The position numbers and the translations under genes are program-made. Below the pieces are notes generated by a model. The model was given only the letters and a program-made list of their open reading frames with translations. It did no database searches and was not told the DNA's origin. Positions 19,350 to 27,836 of a DNA stretch of 64,000 bases are shown piece by piece (positions within the stretch are counted from its first letter, which is position 1; each line of letters begins with the position of its first letter). Location of the stretch: positions 15,518-79,517 of the IMG/VR virus record IMGVR_UViG_3300023105_001349; one strand, 5' to 3'. This DNA comes from a virus (lineage: Duplodnaviria > Caudoviricetes).

Positions 19350-21248
19350 ATGGCATATACTATAAACAGATACGATAGATCGATTTTAACAACTGTAGAA
19401 GAGGGCACAGTTGATAGAACTACTGACATACAGTTGGTGGGAAAAAACTATGCCGGCTATGGTGAAATACAAAACGAAAACTTCCTTTATTTGCTTGAAA
19501 ATTTTAGTGGCGGAAACGCACCAACTAAAGCACTAAGCGGACAACTTTGGTACGATACTACATCTAAAAAAATTAGAGTATTTGACGGAACTACATGGAG
19601 AAAGTTAGGAGTAACAACTACTAACACAACTGAGCCGTCAGGTCAAGTTTTAGGCGATTTTTGGTGGGATACTGACAAAGGACAGTTATATGCTTACAAC
19701 GGTACATCTCATGAATTAATTGGTCCTGAAAAAGCTGGCACAGGCATTACAAAAATGGTTAGTGCTGAAGTTGTTGATACTGTAGGAAATACACATTCTA
19801 TTATTCAAGCATACAGTAACAACGATGTAATTTTTATTATTAGTACAGATACGTTTACTCTTGATAATGCTATTAATCCTATAACAGGATATTCAGATAT
19901 ACGTTCAGGAACAACACTAATAAACAGTGCAAGTGCATCGGGCGTAACAAGTTCTGCTCATAGATACTGGGGTACAGCATCTAATGCAGAAAAATTAGAT
20001 GATTTAGATAGTACACAGTTTTTACGCAGTGATGTAAGCACAGCGTTAACAGGCGAATTTACATTTAATAACGAAGCAACAGGCGTTAATTGGGTCGGTG
20101 GTGACCAAACAATTAAAGGTTTTGATGCTGACGCCAAGTTAGAAATTAAAACTAGATCAACTGACGAAACAGTTTTTAAAGCAGGAACCGCAACAACATT
20201 AAAAATTAATCCAGGTGCAGTACAACTAGGATTAACTTACTTAGGTAACACAGTTTGGCATGCAGGAAATCAAGGACCTGGAAGCGGCCTAGATGCAGAT
20301 AAACTTGATGGCTACCAGCACGGTGACTTCTTAAAAGTAAATGCTAAAGCAGTTGACTCAGAGTTATTAGACGGATTAGATAGTACAGCATTCTTACAAC
20401 GTTCCGGCGGAACAATGACCGGTAATGTTACTTTTAGTGATAACGGTGAAGGATTAGTATTTGCACCAAATACAGATAATGCAACTATCAAATATCATAA
20501 TGCAGGTGTTGGTGACACAGATGCACGTTTAGAGTTTCAAACTTTAAATAATGACTATAACGCATTCCGTTGGACACATAATTCAACAGGTAGTAGTGTT
20601 GTTGAGTTAATGAAACTTGTAAACAATGACGTTGCTAATGGATTAACATATAGAGGAAACACTGTATGGCACGAAGGTAATCAGGGTGCTGGCACAGGAC
20701 TAGATGCTGATACACTAGATGGGTTACAAGCAACAGACTTTTTACTTGTTAATGGTAAAGCAGTTGATTCTGCACTAGCAGATTATGCTACAAATTCAGG
20801 TCAACTAGATGGATTAGATTCAACAGACTTTTTACGTGTTAACGGAAAGGCTGTTACTGCTGGTAGAGCAGACAGTGCATTTCAAGCAGATAATGCAGAT
20901 AAATTAGATGGGTTCCATCATGATTCGTTTTTAAAAATAGCAGGCGGAACACTAAGTGGGTACTTAACACTACATGCTTCTCCAACTCAAATTAACCATG
21001 CAGCAACAAAAGGTTATGTAGATGCTATTTTTGCACAAAGTGATATTTACTGGGCAGGTGCAACAACTCTTGCAAATGTTCAGTCAACTTATTCATCGTT
21101 CCCAACAGGAACAAAAGTTGCGTTTTGGAATGAACGTGTTTACAATGCACCAAGAAACGGTAACGGTGGTAATGCAACAGTTTATGACAGATATAAGCAA
21201 ACAGTACAAAAACAAAGTAATGGCAGTTGGCTAACGATTGGGGATTAA
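19350..21248 (+). CDS. Tail fibre protein 3 with internal GLDADxLDG repeats
   Basis: Shared N-terminal module. Two copies of GNTVWHxGNQGxGxGLDADxLDG and several LDGLDSTxFL units, typical of fibre shafts. Confidence 0.8.
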   Translation: MAYTINRYDRSILTTVEEGTVDRTTDIQLVGKNYAGYGEIQNENFLYLLENFSGGNAPTKALSGQLWYDTTSKKIRVFDGTTWRKLGVTTTNTTEPSGQVLGDFWWDTDKGQLYAYNGTSHELIGPEKAGTGITKMVSAEVVDTVGNTHSIIQAYSNNDVIFIISTDTFTLDNAINPITGYSDIRSGTTLINSASASGVTSSAHRYWGTASNAEKLDDLDSTQFLRSDVSTALTGEFTFNNEATGVNWVGGDQTIKGFDADAKLEIKTRSTDETVFKAGTATTLKINPGAVQLGLTYLGNTVWHAGNQGPGSGLDADKLDGYQHGDFLKVNAKAVDSELLDGLDSTAFLQRSGGTMTGNVTFSDNGEGLVFAPNTDNATIKYHNAGVGDTDARLEFQTLNNDYNAFRWTHNSTGSSVVELMKLVNNDVANGLTYRGNTVWHEGNQGAGTGLDADTLDGLQATDFLLVNGKAVDSALADYATNSGQLDGLDSTDFLRVNGKAVTAGRADSAFQADNADKLDGFHHDSFLKIAGGTLSGYLTLHASPTQINHAATKGYVDAIFAQSDIYWAGATTLANVQSTYSSFPTGTKVAFWNERVYNAPRNGNGGNATVYDRYKQTVQKQSNGSWLTIGD

Positions 21249-21251
21249 ACA

Positions 21252-21767
21252 ATGACAGAATTAAACAGACAACCGGCACTAGCACAATTTAACAAACTTA
21301 ATAATAAGTTTACTACAGTGTTGGGTATGGTTGAAGATCAATCGTTACTAAATCACGATTTATATCTTTACAGAGAAATTGAAATAGACTTTGATAACGA
21401 AGATGTTGACGGAACATATGACAATTATACAATTTATAATGTTTATGATAATCCTTTAATTACAGAAGATAGTCTAAATGAAATGGCTCGTGTTAGAATA
21501 ACAGATGAATATCCGTTAGAAATACAATTATCTATTTTAGGTAATGTATTAGAAAAAGTTGCTGACGCAAATGCTATTGAATGTGAAGATTTAAAAGAAA
21601 TGAATGACTTTATTGCAGAAGCACGTAGAGTTAACAAATTAAGAAAACAGTTTTATGCAGACAATCCTGAATTCCGTTATATGACAACTGAAGAAGCGGA
21701 TGCTGCAATTAATGAGAAATACGAAGGCGCAATTCAAGAATATGGAACAGACACTAGAGATATCTAA
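21252..21767 (+). CDS. Hypothetical protein (171 aa), fibre-associated
   Basis: ORF directly after fibre 3. Acidic/helical, with no recognised motif. Confidence 0.5.
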   Translation: MTELNRQPALAQFNKLNNKFTTVLGMVEDQSLLNHDLYLYREIEIDFDNEDVDGTYDNYTIYNVYDNPLITEDSLNEMARVRITDEYPLEIQLSILGNVLEKVADANAIECEDLKEMNDFIAEARRVNKLRKQFYADNPEFRYMTTEEADAAINEKYEGAIQEYGTDTRDI

Positions 21768-22221
21768 AATATTAGAAAAGGATATAGCACTACAAGTGCG
21801 TTCTCTAGCAGAATCTATAGAAGAACCTAGGTGGTTTCATAGAGATAGAATGGCACCGGGAAGAGCAATCGACGGTGCTAGTTGTAAATATGATTTTTGT
21901 GGGCATAAGCAAATGTCTAAAGAAACTAAAGAGTTTCTAAAAGATATTGCTCCTAAATTTGAAAACTATAGACTTGCTGAAATAGCAATAAATAGGTATA
22001 AGCAAGGAGATTATTTAGGAAAGCACAAGGATAGAGATTATTACAGAAAAAACCTTGTAATATCTCTACAAGAACAAGGCGATGGTTTGTACATCGACGA
22101 TGAAGATAAATTTGTTGAAGATGTTACAGGACAGGGAGTATGTATTAACGGAATAGGACCTACACATTCAGTGCCGGAAGTAAAGAAGTTAAGATATACT
22201 TTAATATATTTGTATGAGTGA
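21742..22221 (+). CDS. 2OG-Fe(II) oxygenase-like protein
   Basis: INRYKQGDYLGKHKD (HxD), later GPTHSVPEV and RYTL, matching the facial-triad and 2OG-binding Arg pattern. Start moved to the ATG at 21742. Confidence 0.65.
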   Translation: MEQTLEISKILEKDIALQVRSLAESIEEPRWFHRDRMAPGRAIDGASCKYDFCGHKQMSKETKEFLKDIAPKFENYRLAEIAINRYKQGDYLGKHKDRDYYRKNLVISLQEQGDGLYIDDEDKFVEDVTGQGVCINGIGPTHSVPEVKKLRYTLIYLYE

Positions 22222-22688
22222 AAGACATGATTGAAAGAATAGGAAATCTAGAAGCAGATAAAATTGCTACATTAAAAAACTTACAAAGTAACATAGATTT
22301 TGTAAGCAATAGAATACGACTTGGCACTAATGGTGCTAACAAGTTGAGCGTCTATTCGTTCTCTAAATGGAAAACTTGGGATAGAGCAACACGTAATTCT
22401 TTCAAAGAATGCTTTAATCAAGATGATATTGATAAAGCACTTATAGGATGGTTTTTACACTTACCTGCAAATACAGGATTTTTAGATGAACAAAACGCAT
22501 GGGTTGATGCACCAGTTGCAGGAACTGTAATTGCATACAGTTTATCTGATAGTAATAATATTTGGGTAGCTGGAAATGAGGCTAGAATTTCAACCGGCGA
22601 AGGGATCAAATTTAGTTTAAAAAACTTACATGAGATTAAAACGTCAACTACCGATAAAAATTGGGCATGTTTGATGCTACTGCAATAA
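22218..22688 (+). CDS. Cupin/oxygenase-like hypothetical protein (156 aa)
   Basis: Beta-rich C-terminal half (GEGIKFSLKNLHEIK) resembles a double-stranded beta-helix, but the metal ligands are incomplete. Confidence 0.35.
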   Translation: MKDMIERIGNLEADKIATLKNLQSNIDFVSNRIRLGTNGANKLSVYSFSKWKTWDRATRNSFKECFNQDDIDKALIGWFLHLPANTGFLDEQNAWVDAPVAGTVIAYSLSDSNNIWVAGNEARISTGEGIKFSLKNLHEIKTSTTDKNWACLMLLQ

Positions 22689-22689
22689 T

Positions 22690-22697
22690 GCTAAATA
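22690..22697 (+). promoter_or_regulatory. T4-late-like promoter box GCTAAATA
   Basis: Intergenic, 18 nt before the ATG at 22716, followed by AAGGA/AGGA SD-like sequences. Confidence 0.5.
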
Positions 22698-22715
22698 CAT
22701 TAAGGAATAGGAAAA

Positions 22716-24245
22716 ATGTCATATCAAATAGATAGATACAACAAAACACTCTTAACAGTAGTTGAAGACGGTACAATCGATCAGTCAACTGATCTAAACT
22801 TTGTTGGTAAAAACTACGCAGGATACGGAGAAATACACAACGAGAACTTTTTGTTCTTGTTAGAAAATTTTGCGGGTGCAAACCCTCCACCAAGAGCAAT
22901 TAGCGGTCAAGTATGGTTTGATTCAAACGAAAGCAAACTAAAATTTTACGATGGCAGCAGATGGCGTACAACAGGCGGTGCTGAAACTACAGGTAGCACT
23001 CCGACAGGTTTAACAGAAGGCGACTTTTGGTGGGATACAGCAAACGAACAACTTTACGCATATAACGGAACTGACTTTATTCTAATTGGTCCGCAAGATG
23101 CAGGTGAAGGTGTTACGCAGATGCAATCACGTTCTGTTAGAGATACAAACGGTTTTGTACATCCTGTAATTACTTCTGTTGTAAACGATGTTGTTGTACA
23201 CATTATTTCTAATGACACATTTACTATTGATACTACTGATGCAGAAAACGTTATTCCTGGCTTTGATGTTGTTAAGAAAGGTGTTACAATGGTTAACACT
23301 CAAGCAGCAACAGGCGGAGTTACATCAAGTGAACATATATTTTGGGGAACAGCATCTGGGTCTTTATCACTAGTTGACTCTGCAGGTAATAGAATTTCAG
23401 TTGATGATGTTGTTGTTTCCAATCCAGGCGCACCAACAGTGTTTACTGAAATTGCAGAATTTGCAGATGCTGGTGTTGCTATTGGTGATTCAAACGATTT
23501 TAAAATTTATGTACCAAACAATACAGATAATAAAATAGCACTATCAAACGAAATTGGTAATACTATATTTTTAATGGCTAAGCCAGTTGATGCACAAGCA
23601 AAGAACTCTATTAGAATTACTCCTACTGCAATGTTACCAGGTGTAACAGATGTAGAAGAATCAGATGAGAACAATTATGTTTTAGAAACAGTTAGTATTG
23701 GATCATCAACAGCACCGTTTAGTGAAGTGTTTGCAGATAACTTTACAGGATTAGCAGAAAAAGCAACTGCACTTGTAGTTGATGGAAATAATAGACTTGG
23801 TGCTACTTTAGCAACAGCAAACACTGTTGCAGTTAGAGATGGTAGCGGCGATTTAAGAGCAAATTTATTTAGAGGTACAGCACTAACAGCTCGTTATGCA
23901 GACCTTGCAGAAAAATATACTACAGACAATCATTATGCAGTTGGAACTGCTATGGCAGTTGGTGGAAACGAAGAAACAAGAGCTGCAAAAACAAGCGATC
24001 TTTGTATTGGAGTTATTTCCGAAGCACCGGCATTGCTAATGAATGAAGAAAGTGAAGGCCAGGCCATTGCACTTAAAGGGCGTGTTCCTGTAAGAGTAAA
24101 AGGTCCAGTATCAAAAGGTCAAGCAGTATATGCATGGGAAGGCGGAGTTTGTACAACTATTGCATCGATGGCATTAGTTGGAGTGGCTTTAGAATCTAGC
24201 ACCGACGATGAAGAAAAATTAATCGAGTGCGTACTAAAGGTATAA
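22716..24245 (+). CDS. Tail fibre protein 4 with C-terminal YADLAE (intramolecular chaperone-like) domain
   Basis: Shared N-terminal module. The C-terminus ARYADLAEKY...GVIS..PALLMN...ALKGRVPVRV is the type seen at the ends of phage fibres. Confidence 0.75.
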   Translation: MSYQIDRYNKTLLTVVEDGTIDQSTDLNFVGKNYAGYGEIHNENFLFLLENFAGANPPPRAISGQVWFDSNESKLKFYDGSRWRTTGGAETTGSTPTGLTEGDFWWDTANEQLYAYNGTDFILIGPQDAGEGVTQMQSRSVRDTNGFVHPVITSVVNDVVVHIISNDTFTIDTTDAENVIPGFDVVKKGVTMVNTQAATGGVTSSEHIFWGTASGSLSLVDSAGNRISVDDVVVSNPGAPTVFTEIAEFADAGVAIGDSNDFKIYVPNNTDNKIALSNEIGNTIFLMAKPVDAQAKNSIRITPTAMLPGVTDVEESDENNYVLETVSIGSSTAPFSEVFADNFTGLAEKATALVVDGNNRLGATLATANTVAVRDGSGDLRANLFRGTALTARYADLAEKYTTDNHYAVGTAMAVGGNEETRAAKTSDLCIGVISEAPALLMNEESEGQAIALKGRVPVRVKGPVSKGQAVYAWEGGVCTTIASMALVGVALESSTDDEEKLIECVLKV

Positions 24246-24248
24246 ATA
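24241..24248 (+). promoter_or_regulatory. T4 late promoter consensus TATAAATA
   Basis: Exact T4 gp55 consensus. Overlaps the upstream stop codon and lies 26 nt before the ATG at 24275. Confidence 0.65.
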
Positions 24249-24274
24249 TACGTAGTTAATAAGGAACAGACATT

Positions 24275-25339
24275 ATGCCATCTGTGGGTGATACAATACA
24301 AGCAACGGACTATAACAATTTACAAAGTAAAATCTCTCAAATTTTAGGTAATGGTCAAGTTACAGACAATTTTGGATATGGTCAATCAGTAGGAAGCAGC
24401 CAAGTTTCAGGTCCGGGTGCAAGTACACCAGGAGATACTGTAACCCATACACAACTTAGAGCGTTGTATGATGACATGGAAACAGCTTGGATACACCAAA
24501 ACGGAACATCTGGTGCTGCACTAGACACACTTTTAGCATATATCGATGCAACTGATGTAATTGGAGCAGATGCTACTGGTTCTGGTGTTACATATGCAAC
24601 AGACGGTTCGTATACTATTGACAATTTAGATAATAAAGGTGGCATTAACGACTTCTCAACTGTAATGGCACTATTAGAAGCAGGACGTACTACAGTTGGC
24701 GCTGGTCAAACTGATACTGATTTAGCCGCAGAAACAGATTTTAGAGATACATCCTTTAATGGTGATGTTGATTCTGAATTTACAGTAACATTTGCAAACG
24801 CAAATGAAAGACGTTACTTTTTTAATTCAGGCGGACAAATAACAATACAAGGAGCCGTTGATGCTGCAACTCTTGGTGTTGTTGGTGATGCTAGTTATGA
24901 AAGAAACTTAGGCTGGCAAAGCATGATTACCACTCCGGGTGTAATTAGAATGGGATTTAACTATACTACTTACGACGGACAAAGCACAAACCTTGATAAA
25001 CCAGATGGCGAAATTGGCAACGATACATTAAGTTCTGTATATCAAACAATTATTAGAAGAACAGCCGCTGCTGGTGACTACTCAGATAGTTATTGGTCGG
25101 TACAGGCTAGAGTTCAAGACGCTGGTAGTAACACTGATCCGGCTATTTTAAGATTTAAAGTCCTTTTACATGACGATGGTCCAGAAACAGATGCAGACTT
25201 TGGAGCAAAAGGCGGTGTAGACGGCGGTGTTGTAGAACCAGTAACAATTGATATTGACTTTAATTTTGGATATAGACGCTCAATTAATTCAGTAGATGTT
25301 ACTGCACCATCAATTCTTCGTGTAAATACGTTCGAATAA
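24275..25339 (+). CDS. Virion structural protein (354 aa)
   Basis: G/D/T-rich ORF closing the structural block, preceded by a late box and an AAGGA SD. Confidence 0.55.
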   Translation: MPSVGDTIQATDYNNLQSKISQILGNGQVTDNFGYGQSVGSSQVSGPGASTPGDTVTHTQLRALYDDMETAWIHQNGTSGAALDTLLAYIDATDVIGADATGSGVTYATDGSYTIDNLDNKGGINDFSTVMALLEAGRTTVGAGQTDTDLAAETDFRDTSFNGDVDSEFTVTFANANERRYFFNSGGQITIQGAVDAATLGVVGDASYERNLGWQSMITTPGVIRMGFNYTTYDGQSTNLDKPDGEIGNDTLSSVYQTIIRRTAAAGDYSDSYWSVQARVQDAGSNTDPAILRFKVLLHDDGPETDADFGAKGGVDGGVVEPVTIDIDFNFGYRRSINSVDVTAPSILRVNTFE

Positions 25340-25342
25340 CAC

Positions 25343-25371
25343 TTGACAAACCATTAAATTTGTTATATAAT
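25343..25371 (+). promoter_or_regulatory. Perfect sigma70 promoter TTGACA-N17-TATAAT
   Basis: TTGACA at 25343-25348, 17-nt spacer, TATAAT at 25366-25371. AGGAG SD at 25381, ATG at 25392. Confidence 0.9.
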
Positions 25372-25391
25372 ATACAAACTAGGAGTTTTGT

Positions 25392-25742
25392 ATGGATAAC
25401 AGATTAAAAATGGCGTTGCATTTCTCAAACTACATGGCAACGTTAAACAACCAACGTAGAATTTTAAAAGAAAAATTTAAAAACGACACCACTTACTACT
25501 TTAATGGTGGGCAGTTTACTATTGATAGATCTCTTATTGTGTATGTTAAAGATCTTTGCGATCAAAGCACTGTAGAAACTATTTTAATAGACGATAATCA
25601 AAATCCTATACAAGTATCTCCGTTATCAAATTTCCTAGAAGTTATTACTGACAAGTACAATAATGCAACTGCAACATATTTTACAGAATATGATGCTCTA
25701 AGGAAAAATAGATCTGTGGAGAAACTTGTAGAGCATGAGTAA
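25392..25742 (+). CDS. Hypothetical protein (116 aa), first gene of the glycosyltransferase block
   Basis: Strong promoter and SD. Overlaps the next gene. Confidence 0.65.
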   Translation: MDNRLKMALHFSNYMATLNNQRRILKEKFKNDTTYYFNGGQFTIDRSLIVYVKDLCDQSTVETILIDDNQNPIQVSPLSNFLEVITDKYNNATATYFTEYDALRKNRSVEKLVEHE

Positions 25743-26580
25743 GGGTATCTTAACACTTGCATCAAACAATAGTGAATTTGATTATTTGTTACAGGCACAG
25801 CAATTAGCAGAACGTGCATTAAAATACTTAGATTTACCTACTACTGTTGTTACAGATAAGTCATCTGTTGCAAATACTTCATGTAATCTATCTGTATTTG
25901 AAAATATAATTTATACAGACGAAGAATCTTTTGGAATTAGCAATCAACGAGAAATGTATGACGGCGATTACGGATTTAAAAAAGCACATTGGAAGAATGA
26001 AGCAAGACCTCTTGCTTACGATCTAACGCCATACGATGAAACTATACTAGTTGATACTGATATTGTAATTTGTAATAGTGATTGGAATATATGTTTTGAC
26101 CAACCACACAATTTTATGATATACAAAGACTGTATAAATCTATCAGAGAATCATTGGCCTTATCAATATGAAAAATTAGGAGAAATAGGTCCAGACTTTT
26201 ACTGGGCAAGTGTTGTATTTTTTAGAAAGACTGATGAAAATAAAATTTATTTTGATTTGTTAAAGCATATAAAAGAAGAATGGATACATTATACTCATGT
26301 GTATTCTTTGCCATCTAAAAAATATAGAAGCGATTACGCTTTTAGTATTGCAATACACATTGTTAACGGATTTAAGAAAGGCGACTTTGCTAAAAATATG
26401 CCAGGACAACTGTATTATATAACAGACAAAGGTATATTAAAAGAAATAGATAACGAGAATATGTTACTTTTAATTAATGATCCTACATACCCAAGAAAAT
26501 TTACTGCTTGTAGAACTAAAAAAATGAATGTTCATGTTATGAATAAGTTTAGTTTGGAGAGGTGCTTATGCGAGGAATAG
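25735..26580 (+). CDS. GT-A-fold glycosyltransferase-like protein
   Basis: N-terminal KGILTLA...DYLLQA strand-helix and a DxD motif in ETILVDTDIV. Confidence 0.65.
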   Translation: MSKGILTLASNNSEFDYLLQAQQLAERALKYLDLPTTVVTDKSSVANTSCNLSVFENIIYTDEESFGISNQREMYDGDYGFKKAHWKNEARPLAYDLTPYDETILVDTDIVICNSDWNICFDQPHNFMIYKDCINLSENHWPYQYEKLGEIGPDFYWASVVFFRKTDENKIYFDLLKHIKEEWIHYTHVYSLPSKKYRSDYAFSIAIHIVNGFKKGDFAKNMPGQLYYITDKGILKEIDNENMLLLINDPTYPRKFTACRTKKMNVHVMNKFSLERCLCEE

Positions 26581-27314
26581 TATTGTATGCATCTGGCGAA
26601 AAGTACGAAGAACAAGCAGAGCTTTGTGCATCTAGCATTCGTAAACACAATAAAGAAATTAGTATTACTACAGTTATAGAAACGGACACTGGTAGATTTG
26701 CAACTGATGGTAGATGTAACATATATCAAGAATCAATATATGATGAAACTATTGTTTTAGATACTGACACATTAGTATTAGATAACTTAGATTATGTTTG
26801 GGAGTGTTTATCGCAGCAAGACATTTACTATACTACAAAAGCATTTACCTTTAGAGGCGATGTTATTAACGACACGTTTTATAGAAAAACATTTATTAAA
26901 AATAATTTACCTAATGTGTACAATGCATTTTACTATTTTAAAAAATCTAAAGCAGCAGATGAGTTTTATAAAGTACAAAAAGAAGTAAACGATAACTGGA
27001 AAGATGTGTATGCAGAGTTTTGTCCGTTTCACACTCCTACTAAACCTAGTATGGATGTTAACACTGCTATTACTAGTTTAATTACAGGAACAAATTTTTA
27101 TAAAAGCAATATTCCACATCTAGTACACATGAAACCTAGAATACAAGGATGGGAAAATAATCCAGAGCACTGGCAAGATAAGGTTGGTGTTTATTTAACA
27201 GACGATTGTGAATTGTTTATTGGTAATAATAAACAACACGGTATATTTCATTATACAGAAAATGATTTTGTAACCAAAGAAAAGGTAAGGAAGTATCAAT
27301 GTCAGAACAGTTAA
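26568..27314 (+). CDS. GT-A-fold glycosyltransferase-like protein, paralogue of the preceding gene
   Basis: RGIVLYASGEKY..QA and ETIVLDTDTLV (DxD). Shares FY/FF.KS-type and HMK/HVMNK motifs with 25735..26580. Start placed at the ATG after the GGAG SD. Confidence 0.65.
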   Translation: MRGIVLYASGEKYEEQAELCASSIRKHNKEISITTVIETDTGRFATDGRCNIYQESIYDETIVLDTDTLVLDNLDYVWECLSQQDIYYTTKAFTFRGDVINDTFYRKTFIKNNLPNVYNAFYYFKKSKAADEFYKVQKEVNDNWKDVYAEFCPFHTPTKPSMDVNTAITSLITGTNFYKSNIPHLVHMKPRIQGWENNPEHWQDKVGVYLTDDCELFIGNNKQHGIFHYTENDFVTKEKVRKYQCQNS

Positions 27315-27835
27315 TGTACTTGTGTTGGAACGACAAAGGTTCTATTACAAGAATGTCCGGACAAGAAATTCCTAATTCTATTGCAGTGCCTATTAAAGCA
27401 ATAGAAGATGTTGTATTAGGTAAAGAAAATATTTCAAAATATAAAATTAAATTTAATACAGAAGAAAAGAAGTATGAACTAGTAGACGATGAAAATTTTG
27501 AATTAATGACTTTTAGAATAAAAGACAGTATTCATAAAATTAATCCAAATACAGTTAGCGATTACGATTTTAAAATTGTACAAGATACAAAAAATAAAAC
27601 GTGGACATTTAAATTAGTACAAGAATTAAATGTTGTACTTGATAAAGATCTTTGGTTTGCGTGTACACAAAAAGACAACCCTAATATTGTGTTAAGAACG
27701 TTTTTTGTTAATCTAAAAGAACTTACTGAAAACGAAATAACAGTAGGTTTCATTAATGACAAAGAAGAGTCTAATAAAGATGTAAGTATCTTTACAGCCA
27801 AGGCATTTGATAGATATAGTTACATACAGGTATAA
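27299..27835 (+). CDS. Hypothetical protein (178 aa)
   Basis: ORF overlapping the upstream gene and ending 1 nt before the next start. No motif recognised. Confidence 0.55.
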   Translation: MSEQLMYLCWNDKGSITRMSGQEIPNSIAVPIKAIEDVVLGKENISKYKIKFNTEEKKYELVDDENFELMTFRIKDSIHKINPNTVSDYDFKIVQDTKNKTWTFKLVQELNVVLDKDLWFACTQKDNPNIVLRTFFVNLKELTENEITVGFINDKEESNKDVSIFTAKAFDRYSYIQV

Positions 27836-27836
27836 A

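Noticed and set aside
15416-24245. Diversity-generating retroelement acting on fibre tips
   Set aside because: No reverse transcriptase and no near-identical template/variable repeat pair differing at adenines was seen in the window.
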